Positions 8,622-14,821 of a stretch of DNA of 14,821 bases are shown here, one piece after another. Numbering within the stretch: the stretch's first letter is position 1; the number at the start of each line of letters is the position of its first letter. The DNA comes from Candidatus Nanohaloarchaea archaeon (GTDB lineage: Archaea; Nanohalarchaeota; Nanosalinia; Nanosalinales; Nanosalinaceae), in assembly GCA_041640035.1 (NCBI GenBank), contig JBEQBC010000016.1, positions 1 to 14,821 on the forward strand, read 5' to 3'. Both the position numbers and the translations under genes were made by a program. The notes under the pieces were generated by a model, which saw only the letters and a program-made list of their open reading frames with translations, was not told the DNA's origin and searched no databases.

Positions 8622-8788
8622 AAGACACCACTGCGGAACGAAAGTTTATTTAGAACAGGTTTTGGATAGAAAAGGCTCTCTTCAAGCCGTGTAGTTTGCA
8701 AAATGCGGTCGGTGAGAAACATCTCCACCTTTCATTGGTAACCAAGAATGCGTCGCTGAAACTTAAAAAATTGCTGCCGACTTTGCTC

Positions 8789-9109
8789 TCAATCCATTTT
8801 CTCCGGTTCAGGTATTTCGATTCCGTAATCTCTGGCTGCCGTATCTGTGACTTCGTCGTATCGGCTTTTGGCTGTATCTGCACGGCTGAGATCTACATTT
8901 CCGTCCAGAATTCCTTCCTCGAAATCCACGAGTTCGTCGTAGGCTCTGTTGGCTTTTCTGCCGTACTCCAGAACTTCTTCTTCGTTCATCCAGCCGTCAT
9001 CGTGTTGATTTAGGACAGAATCTAGTTGATCTGCTTCCGCTTCTAGACTATCGGCTCTCTGATCTAGTTCTGTCTGCTTTGAACTTGAGTTTCTGGAAGC
9101 CGCACTCAT
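8789..9109 (-). CDS. Hypothetical acidic helical protein (106 aa)
   Basis: ATG with TTTTTA 24 nt upstream. D/E-rich like the real genes here. No recognisable motif. Confidence 0.75.
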   Translation of the reverse strand: MSAASRNSSSKQTELDQRADSLEAEADQLDSVLNQHDDGWMNEEEVLEYGRKANRAYDELVDFEEGILDGNVDLSRADTAKSRYDEVTDTAARDYGIEIPEPEKMD

Positions 9110-9163
9110 ATGTTGTTATAAGAGAATGATAAATAAAAATGTGTGGTGTTGAAAGAACTTGAT

Positions 9164-10189
9164 CTACTGTAGGTAGTCTGGTTTCTCGTGGCCAATCTCT
9201 TCCAGAGGCTCAAGCAGCTCCGGGTTCTCCTTGAAATGTTCTCTTACCGGTTCGAATGTCTCGACTACCTCATCAGCTACTGCATTCTTCAGGTCGAGAG
9301 GATGTAGCTCTCCGTCCTCAAAGTCCTCTGCCATCTCATCGTACTCTTCGTAGTGTAGGTCTCCGCCGTATTCGTCCTTTCTCTCGATATGCAGTTCCTT
9401 GTCTGCTCCGAAGATGAAGAACTTGGCGATTTCAAGTACAGGGTTGCCTTCTACCTCGCCTTGCGGGCAGTAAGCTTCCTCGATCGTCTCCTCTATCCTG
9501 TCCGGATCTGCGTGTAGAGGGAACATTGTGTTCTTCTTCGAGGAGCTCATCTTGTCTCCGTCTCCTGCCAGAGAGCTTAGAAGCGGCCAGTGAAGACATG
9601 TAGGCTTCTCATATCCTAGCTTTGGCAGTTTTTCTCTTGCCAGCATGTGGATTTTTCTTTGGTCGATCCCGGCTACTGCGAGATCCAGGTCGAGGTGTAC
9701 GATGTCCAGTGCTTGCATTAGTGGGTAGACTATCTGTGATGTGTAGATGCTGTCTTGTTCGGATGCTACTTCTCCCATTGCTCGTTCTCCCCTGTTGACT
9801 GTGGTTTCTTGTGTCATGGTTAGTAGGTCGTGGAAGTATTCTGTGCTTTCTTGGAAGTCTCGTCCTTTGACATATTCTGCGTCGAGTCCGCAGGCTTCGA
9901 ATGTTGCCTGCCAGTAGTCTACCATTTTCTGTATCCATTCTTCGCTTCCTTTTTTGTTCAGGAATGTGTGAAGGTCTGCGAATAGTACTACGGGTTGGAA
10001 ACCTGCTTTCTGCAGGTCTTTCATCTTTCTTATCTGTATCCAGTGTCCGAGGTGTACAGGTCCGGAGGTCTCGTTTCCGATGTATGCTCTTGGTTCATCT
10101 TTCTCTCTCAGTGTTTCCTCCAGCTCTTCCTCCTTTATGATTTCCTCAGTGTTACGCAGAACAAGTTCTTTCCGTTCTTCAATATCCAT
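9164..10189 (-). CDS. tyrS: Tyrosine--tRNA ligase (archaeal type)
   Basis: AYIGNETSG.VHLGH (HIGH), LFADLH, YPLMQALD, GIDQRKIHMLARE, KMSSS, AYCP, LHPLDLKNAV. Confidence 0.97.
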   Translation of the reverse strand: MDIEERKELVLRNTEEIIKEEELEETLREKDEPRAYIGNETSGPVHLGHWIQIRKMKDLQKAGFQPVVLFADLHTFLNKKGSEEWIQKMVDYWQATFEACGLDAEYVKGRDFQESTEYFHDLLTMTQETTVNRGERAMGEVASEQDSIYTSQIVYPLMQALDIVHLDLDLAVAGIDQRKIHMLAREKLPKLGYEKPTCLHWPLLSSLAGDGDKMSSSKKNTMFPLHADPDRIEETIEEAYCPQGEVEGNPVLEIAKFFIFGADKELHIERKDEYGGDLHYEEYDEMAEDFEDGELHPLDLKNAVADEVVETFEPVREHFKENPELLEPLEEIGHEKPDYLQ

Positions 10190-10235
10190 ACGGAGAAATA
10201 AGGGGTTGAAAGGTTAAAATTCTTGGCCTTGTCGC

Positions 10236-10868
10236 TCAGAAGTTAGAATCAAAATCGTCGTCAAAGTTTGAATCAGAGTCGAAATCACTGCCGAAATCAC
10301 TGTTCCCCTGATTCATGTTGCCGTTGTTCCCGAAGTTCTGATTATTCTGCTGATTCTGACCTTGGTTCTGGTTGCTGAACGCATGCTCATCGATCATAGA
10401 TTTGTACTTTGGAGCGTTTCTAACACCGTTCAGTTTAAGTTCCGTTGTAGATTCTCCTGCGGAATCCATATCGATATCGCTTACTCCGAAAATCCGCTCC
10501 TCAAAGTCCTGATCCAGGCTTGAATGAGTGATGTTCTGGTAATGTAGGGTGTTCAGGGTTTTGTTGAATATTCCTGTCTCTTCCACTACCTGTTTATCGG
10601 TGAAGTGGTACATCACGAATCTTCTTCTTATCTCGTAGAAGGTCATCATGCCGATAGGTAGAATATACAGCGCTGTGATATAGGCCGGATTGAAACCGAG
10701 ATTAAACAGGTTTGCCATCCTGACACCGAGCAGAGCTGTGATCGCGATAATCATGACGCCGGGATAAATTATGGTTCCCTTGATGTGCCGGGTGTCAAAG
10801 CGGGAAGGATGAATAGTCTCAATCTTCTCCTCGCCTGAACTCATGTAGTCATCGATTTTCGAAAACAT
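10236..10868 (-). CDS. Membrane protein with a bacterial-type PH (bPH_2/YdbS-like) domain and a low-complexity tail
   Basis: Two hydrophobic segments, then Y.FTDKQV....GIF......L.Y..I......Q...ERIFG...I.....G, the typical bPH_2 pattern. Q/N-rich then D/F-rich C-terminus. Confidence 0.8.
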   Translation of the reverse strand: MFSKIDDYMSSGEEKIETIHPSRFDTRHIKGTIIYPGVMIIAITALLGVRMANLFNLGFNPAYITALYILPIGMMTFYEIRRRFVMYHFTDKQVVEETGIFNKTLNTLHYQNITHSSLDQDFEERIFGVSDIDMDSAGESTTELKLNGVRNAPKYKSMIDEHAFSNQNQGQNQQNNQNFGNNGNMNQGNSDFGSDFDSDSNFDDDFDSNF

Positions 10869-10909
10869 ATTCTAGGTGTAGAACTACTCCTTGAAAAAAT
10901 AACGGTCTG

Positions 10910-11434
10910 CTATTTTTCAGCGAGGTCTGCTTCCTCTGCATCAACCAGTTCCTTCAGTTCTTCCGGATCGACTGTTATCCCGACTACTCTGGAACCTGCA
11001 GCAGGCTTAACCCGTGGCTTCTCAGTTATTGAACTATCCATGTAAACCGGTATATCCAGGTCGAAAGGTGATACTCCTCCTATGATGTACCCTGTAGCTT
11101 CCTCTACTTCGTCAGGATTCGCCATCCGAATACTTTCTCCAGTTATCTCCTCCAGTTTGTCCTCGGAAACTCTTTTATCGCCGGGGCAGAGTACAGCTAC
11201 CGGTTCATCTGCGATGAAGACCAGAGTCTTCACGATGCTCTCCTCGTCTACACCTGTGTGCTTAGCTGATTCCTCAACGGTCTCCGACTTCGCATGTATC
11301 ATGAAATCCGCATCTATACCGGATTCCTCAACCTTCTGAATCACTCTTCTGATGTTGCCTATATCCGCGTCCATGAAGTCGACGAACTCAGAAACCTCGT
11401 CCAGATCCTGGTCGAAAGCTTTCTTTTCAGTCAT
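10910..11434 (-). CDS. YbaK/EbsC-family aminoacyl-tRNA deacylase (trans-editing, INS superfamily)
   Basis: TVEESA...GV....IVKTLVF (conserved Lys), RMA.P.EVEEATGY.IGGVSPF, AAGS. Confidence 0.9.
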   Translation of the reverse strand: MTEKKAFDQDLDEVSEFVDFMDADIGNIRRVIQKVEESGIDADFMIHAKSETVEESAKHTGVDEESIVKTLVFIADEPVAVLCPGDKRVSEDKLEEITGESIRMANPDEVEEATGYIIGGVSPFDLDIPVYMDSSITEKPRVKPAAGSRVVGITVDPEELKELVDAEEADLAEK

Positions 11435-11520
11435 ACTGTAATAGGGAAAAAGAGATTCTAATAATAGTTTTTGAATTCAGAAATTTAGAAGAGAAAAAAT
11501 ATTTGGTTGAGAGTGCCTGT

Positions 11521-11937
11521 CTATTCTATGTCGATGTCGTGGCTTGGAGTGTCTTCTTTGTCTGCTGTGATCTTCAGTACTCCGTTTTCGTAGTGTGCTG
11601 TTACTGATTCTGGGTCGATATCTGTTGGCCACTTTACTGTTCTCTGGTATGTTCTTCTCTGTCTTTCCTTCCGTACATATTTCTCGTTTTCTTCTTCTAC
11701 GGAGGCTTCGTGTTCTGCGGTGATGCTGATTCCGTCTTCATCTGCTTTCAGGTTGATGTCCTCTTTTTCTACTCCTGGCATGTCTGCGGTTACTGTTACT
11801 GTTTCATCGTCTTCCTGGATATCTACAGGTATTCCCTTGTCTGCCAGGTTCATACCTCGTTCCTGTACTTCTTCTGCGAATCTTTGCATCTGGTTGAACA
11901 GGTCGTCGAGGCCGTCACGCCGGTCTAGTCTTCTCAT
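11521..11937 (-). CDS. Small heat shock protein (Hsp20/alpha-crystallin family)
   Basis: PVDIQE....VTVTADMPGVEKEDI, ER....YQRTV..P, A.YENGVLKI, and a C-terminal IDIE (IXI) motif. ATG 11937 is preceded by an AGGTG Shine-Dalgarno-like site, so the GTG 11949 start in the ORF track probably is that site. Confidence 0.93.
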   Translation of the reverse strand: MRRLDRRDGLDDLFNQMQRFAEEVQERGMNLADKGIPVDIQEDDETVTVTADMPGVEKEDINLKADEDGISITAEHEASVEEENEKYVRKERQRRTYQRTVKWPTDIDPESVTAHYENGVLKITADKEDTPSHDIDIE

Positions 11938-11977
11938 AGTTTGTTGCACCTGTTTTTATTTATCTCTATAAAATCTT

Positions 11978-12190
11978 TTAACTATTTTCCTCTGTATCCA
12001 TGTGCTGCTTCAGATAGTCCAGCTGGCCTTCAATCTGCTGAATCAGCTTCTCAGCTTTTTCCTGTTTCTCCAGAGTTTCGGGATCAGCGTCTTCCTTCTT
12101 CGCGTCCTCGAACTCCTGTTCAACATCTTCGATGTCATGTTCCAGCTGGTCAACAATCTCTTCTGCATCCTCTACATCGTTTTCTTCCAT
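11978..12190 (-). CDS. Small, very acidic coiled-coil hypothetical protein (70 aa)
   Basis: ATG start, heptad-like helical hairpin, D/E-rich. Directly upstream of hsp20 on the same strand. Confidence 0.75.
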   Translation of the reverse strand: MEENDVEDAEEIVDQLEHDIEDVEQEFEDAKKEDADPETLEKQEKAEKLIQQIEGQLDYLKQHMDTEENS

Positions 12191-12198
12191 ACAACAGA

Positions 12199-12227
12199 AG
12201 CATTTATCCCGGTTCGAAATAAAAGCT
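12199..12227. promoter_or_regulatory. Overlapping divergent promoters forming an imperfect inverted repeat
   Basis: AGCaTTTAT-N11-ATAAAaGCT within the 42-nt gap between two divergent ATGs. Each arm is a TATA-like box at roughly promoter distance from one ATG. Confidence 0.5.
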
Positions 12228-12232
12228 GTGTT

Positions 12233-12445
12233 ATGAGCCGTGAGGAAGAACTCCGTCAGAAAATAAGCGAGATAATTGAAAAGGGTAACAAGCCTTCGGC
12301 CAGTGTTCTATCGCAGGAGCTTGGCTGGACGCAAAACGATGTCCACAGATGCCTCAATATTTTAGAGAAAAACGGTAAAGTCGTTACCTACCGTAAAACA
12401 GCTTTCGGTAGGGATATGCGGCTTGCAGGACTGAAAAGAGAATAA
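12233..12445 (+). CDS. Small winged helix-turn-helix DNA-binding protein (70 aa)
   Basis: The likely true start is ATG 12233 inside the 12002..12445 ORF. KISEIIEKG..PSASVLSQELGW...DVHRCLNILEKNGKV followed by a beta wing. Net basic in an acidic proteome. Confidence 0.8.
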   Translation: MSREEELRQKISEIIEKGNKPSASVLSQELGWTQNDVHRCLNILEKNGKVVTYRKTAFGRDMRLAGLKRE

Positions 12446-12461
12446 AAAAGCGGGTTTTATT
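12441..12461. terminator. Probable bidirectional terminator between convergent genes
   Basis: AATAAAA-aagcggg-TTTTATT inverted repeat, giving a T-tract on each strand. Confidence 0.4.
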
Positions 12462-12861
12462 GTCCCTGTTTCTCGACTGTAGGTGTCGGGATCGGCGGTA
12501 GCAGGTTCAAGGTGTTTGCTACTCCTACGGCTTCTGAAAGCAGTTTCCTGTACAGTTCGTTCATCAACTGTACTTCCATTTCCTGTGGCAGTGATTCGTC
12601 TTCTTCCCACTGGTCCATGATTTCTTCCAGGTCTCCTTTCCAGAGTACATTTCCTTCCATGTCGATACGGGCTGTTTCCTGCTGGTTGGAGTTGTAGACA
12701 ACTCCGAAGTTGAAGTCGATCTTCGCTACTTTCTCGTCGAAAGCGTTTACTGTCGCTTCCTCTACATTCTCGATTTCAGGCTGGTAGTTTACCTGTACAT
12801 TTCCCTGTGTACCTGCTTTCTTGTCTGCGTCGATAGAGTCTATGTTAACGCCTATTATCAT
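12457..12861 (-). CDS. Conserved archaeal hypothetical protein, possible SecB-like fold
   Basis: Four predicted beta strands (IIGVNIDSI, VQVNYQPEI, KIDFNFGVVY, ARIDMEGNVLW), a long helix, then a Pro-rich LLPPIPTP. This matches SecB-like topology by eye only. Confidence 0.75.
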   Translation of the reverse strand: MIIGVNIDSIDADKKAGTQGNVQVNYQPEIENVEEATVNAFDEKVAKIDFNFGVVYNSNQQETARIDMEGNVLWKGDLEEIMDQWEEDESLPQEMEVQLMNELYRKLLSEAVGVANTLNLLPPIPTPTVEKQGQ

Positions 12862-12951
12862 GTATAGAATATAGTCTGTGAATTCTTTTAGAAATACTCC
12901 CTTGCGGACTAGGATACTTCTTTAATGTTTCACCTCAACAAGGTATACATA

Positions 12952-13509
12952 ATGGAATTCAAGAAATCTGATATGAAAAGGTACGCAGTACTGATAGTAG
13001 GTCTGGTTATGGCAGGAGGCTTCACATTCGGAGGGATGCTCTCAATGGCCTCCATGGTACAGTCGCCATCTGGCTCAGGTGAAGAAAGTAATGTTCAGGA
13101 CGCAGAACTACCTAGCTCTCAGTACAGTGCCGACGGATTCAACCTGACTGACAACCAGAAACTGTACCTCGCATCAACCAACAGCAAGGTATTTCTTACA
13201 GGATACTACAGCAATAGCTCCCAGAAAGAGATGCTTTCAGGTCTGAGAGACCTTCCTGACATGTTCGGTGATGTAGTATATGTTGAGCTATCAGATGACA
13301 GTTCCGGAAGACTTCTTGATCAGGCAGGGATATCTAACTACCCGGCTATCATAATCAACGCAGGTCTTACGCAGAGAGGTAATCTGAGAGTGACTTCCAA
13401 GCAGAATGTTACGGAATCAGATCTCGCAGGCGTACCAGAGTCTATATGCTCGATTCTTTCCGAGTATCCTAACGATAAGACGACCTACCAGTGTACACTT
13501 TCGGAATAG
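12952..13509 (+). CDS. Membrane-anchored exported protein with a probable thioredoxin-like fold lacking CXXC
   Basis: KR followed by a hydrophobic anchor, Ser/Gly linker, sequons NLT, NSS and NVT, a GISNYPAIII cis-Pro-like loop, and two C-terminal Cys. ATG 12952 has TTTAAT 25 nt upstream. Confidence 0.8.
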   Translation: MEFKKSDMKRYAVLIVGLVMAGGFTFGGMLSMASMVQSPSGSGEESNVQDAELPSSQYSADGFNLTDNQKLYLASTNSKVFLTGYYSNSSQKEMLSGLRDLPDMFGDVVYVELSDDSSGRLLDQAGISNYPAIIINAGLTQRGNLRVTSKQNVTESDLAGVPESICSILSEYPNDKTTYQCTLSE

Positions 13510-13557
13510 TCAACCGGATTTAAATCCAGAGAATGTTCTATAACTAATTAAGATAAT

Positions 13558-13971
13558 ATGCCGGAAGACGGTTTTGAGGAAAACTACAGCGAGGTAGCTG
13601 AACAGAAAGAGGAGCCTGACAGCAAGGGAAGCAGGCATATCGTAGGTATATCTCTAGCTGTCTTACTGGTTCTAGGATCAGCAGCTGTCGGAGTACATTT
13701 TAACTACCCTCAGTACGCCTTTTGGCAGCCTGAAGAATGTCAGTACCAGTACGATATAAGCTACAGTGTAGAAGAAAGCGGTGAGAAAAGAGTTACCGTC
13801 AGCAGAGTAGGAAGACCATCAGTCAACACCTCCGTGACAGCTGTAGGAGCTACAATCAACGATGAGAACCTGACCATCTCGGACCAGGTGAACTTCTATG
13901 TACCGGCAGATGCCGAAAGCATAACGGTCTACGGTCAGTGCGACCGATCAGAATCTTACAGCCTCAGTTAA
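13558..13971 (+). CDS. Single-pass membrane protein with a small extracellular beta-rich domain
   Basis: Acidic N-terminus, TM segment IVGISLAVLLVLGSAAVGV, beta-rich C-domain with two Cys and sequons NTS and NLT. Overlaps the alaS stop by 8 nt. Confidence 0.78.
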   Translation: MPEDGFEENYSEVAEQKEEPDSKGSRHIVGISLAVLLVLGSAAVGVHFNYPQYAFWQPEECQYQYDISYSVEESGEKRVTVSRVGRPSVNTSVTAVGATINDENLTISDQVNFYVPADAESITVYGQCDRSESYSLS

Positions 13972-14821
13972 ACGCTTTCGCGAAACCTTCGTCACCTTGC
14001 ACATTTTCAAATATTTCTTCCAGTGGTTCACGGGCATCAAGATTGCTGCCTGAAGCGCTTACTCCACCTTTTTCACCTATAAGTGTGACACGGGCAGAAT
14101 GCTTGCCTGAAAGCTTCTGAGCAACTTGAATCAGTAATCCGATGTTCTCGGTAGGTACTTCCATTTCCAGGCTATCTTTTTCTTCCAGTTTCTCCTCAAC
14201 TACTTCCTCGATCTGGGACTCAAGGCTTTCGACATTCTTCTCCCGTCTTTTCCGTTCCTCGAACATCTCTCTGGCTACATCAACAAGCTTCTCTCCTTCG
14301 ACATCCTCTAAGTTTGAATCCAGGTCGAGGAAATCTGAGAGCTTTTCGATTTTCTCTCCGAACTCTTCAACTTCTTCTTGGAACCTTTCCAAGGTGTCTA
14401 TAAGCTGTTCTGGTTCCACTGAGAACTCTCCGCACAGTTCTCTCTGAGCCAGTCTTGGATCTGACTTGAGAGGTACATCTAGAAGCTCTTCGGCAGTGTC
14501 CATACGCTTCTCTATGTTGTCTATAAACTTCTCTGCAGCCTCTCCTGCCTTATATTCCAGTCTTATGACGCCGTCCTGAATCCTTTTTGATCCGGTGATG
14601 TAGAATTCTTCAGCGTGAGAACTCTGTTTCAGGTGTGTTCCTCCACATGCCTCGATGTCGACATCTTCTATATCTATTAGTCTGATTGTGTTTCCTGGCG
14701 GTGCGCCTCCCTGGTAAATCCTGAAGCCGTACTCCTGTTCGGCCTCTGACTTTGGAAGTTCAAGTACATTAATTTCGTGGTCGTCCTCAATCAATTTCTG
14801 GACGCGTGCCTCGATTTCGTC
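13964..14821 (-). CDS. alaS: Alanine--tRNA ligase, C-terminal part (editing domain end, linker, reduced C-Ala), 5'-truncated by the window edge
   Basis: AEQEYGFRIYQGG.PPG..IR, DIEACGGTH (Zn/editing motif) and RIQDGVIRLEYKAG are typical of archaeal AlaRS. The frame stays open to position 14821. Confidence 0.93.
   Translation of the reverse strand, partial: DEIEARVQKLIEDDHEINVLELPKSEAEQEYGFRIYQGGAPPGNTIRLIDIEDVDIEACGGTHLKQSSHAEEFYITGSKRIQDGVIRLEYKAGEAAEKFIDNIEKRMDTAEELLDVPLKSDPRLAQRELCGEFSVEPEQLIDTLERFQEEVEEFGEKIEKLSDFLDLDSNLEDVEGEKLVDVAREMFEERKRREKNVESLESQIEEVVEEKLEEKDSLEMEVPTENIGLLIQVAQKLSGKHSARVTLIGEKGGVSASGSNLDAREPLEEIFENVQGDEGFAKAFN

Noticed and set aside
8622-8788. Possible tRNA or hammerhead ribozyme in the gap upstream of serS
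   Set aside because: No TTCGA T-loop or acceptor stem and no CTGATGA core on either strand. Kept only as a generic sRNA or small ORF candidate.
4804-11971. Short alternative-frame or antisense ORFs within topA, serS, tyrS, ybaK and hsp20 (e.g. 8170..8496, 8696..9013, 9609..9938)
   Set aside because: They overlap conserved genes, show no motifs, and poly-Ser content is the reverse-complement of GAA-rich coding sequence.
12002-12232. 77-aa hydrophobic N-terminal extension of the wHTH ORF, suggesting a membrane-bound regulator
   Set aside because: It is the antisense of the acidic 11978..12190 gene. ATG 12233 has a TATA-like box at the usual distance.
12233-12445. Resemblance of the small wHTH to Z-DNA-binding Zalpha domains
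   Set aside because: The diagnostic Asn and Tyr of the recognition helix and the P-P-x-W wing motif are absent (VHRCLN, no wing Trp), so generic wHTH is the safer call.
1-14821. CRISPR arrays, IS elements, integrases, defence systems, rRNA or tRNA genes
   Set aside because: No spaced direct repeats, terminal inverted repeats, transposase or nuclease motifs were seen, and the intergenic gaps are too short or lack the required structure.

Overview
Gene-dense archaeal chromosomal window with a strongly acidic (D/E-rich, salt-in type) proteome, moderate GC, very short intergenic spaces and mostly leaderless genes (TATA-like box about 23-27 nt before the start codon). This fits a Nanohaloarchaeota (DPANN) genome, which is an inference. 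Contents in order: radB; a four-gene post-chorismate aromatic amino acid cluster (pheA, class I aminotransferase, tyrA, chorismate mutase); topA; an orphan that looks like a divergent Bud32/RIO-type kinase fold; serS; an orphan; tyrS; a membrane PH-domain protein; a YbaK/EbsC deacylase; Hsp20; a small acidic protein divergent from a small basic winged-helix protein; a possible SecB-like protein; two membrane-anchored exported proteins; and the 3' part of alaS. I saw no rRNA, tRNA, CRISPR array or mobile element. The best leads are the Phe/Tyr module in a presumed host-dependent symbiont, the cryptic kinase-like orphan, a candidate sRNA or small ORF upstream of serS, and the wHTH/acidic protein/Hsp20 divergon.
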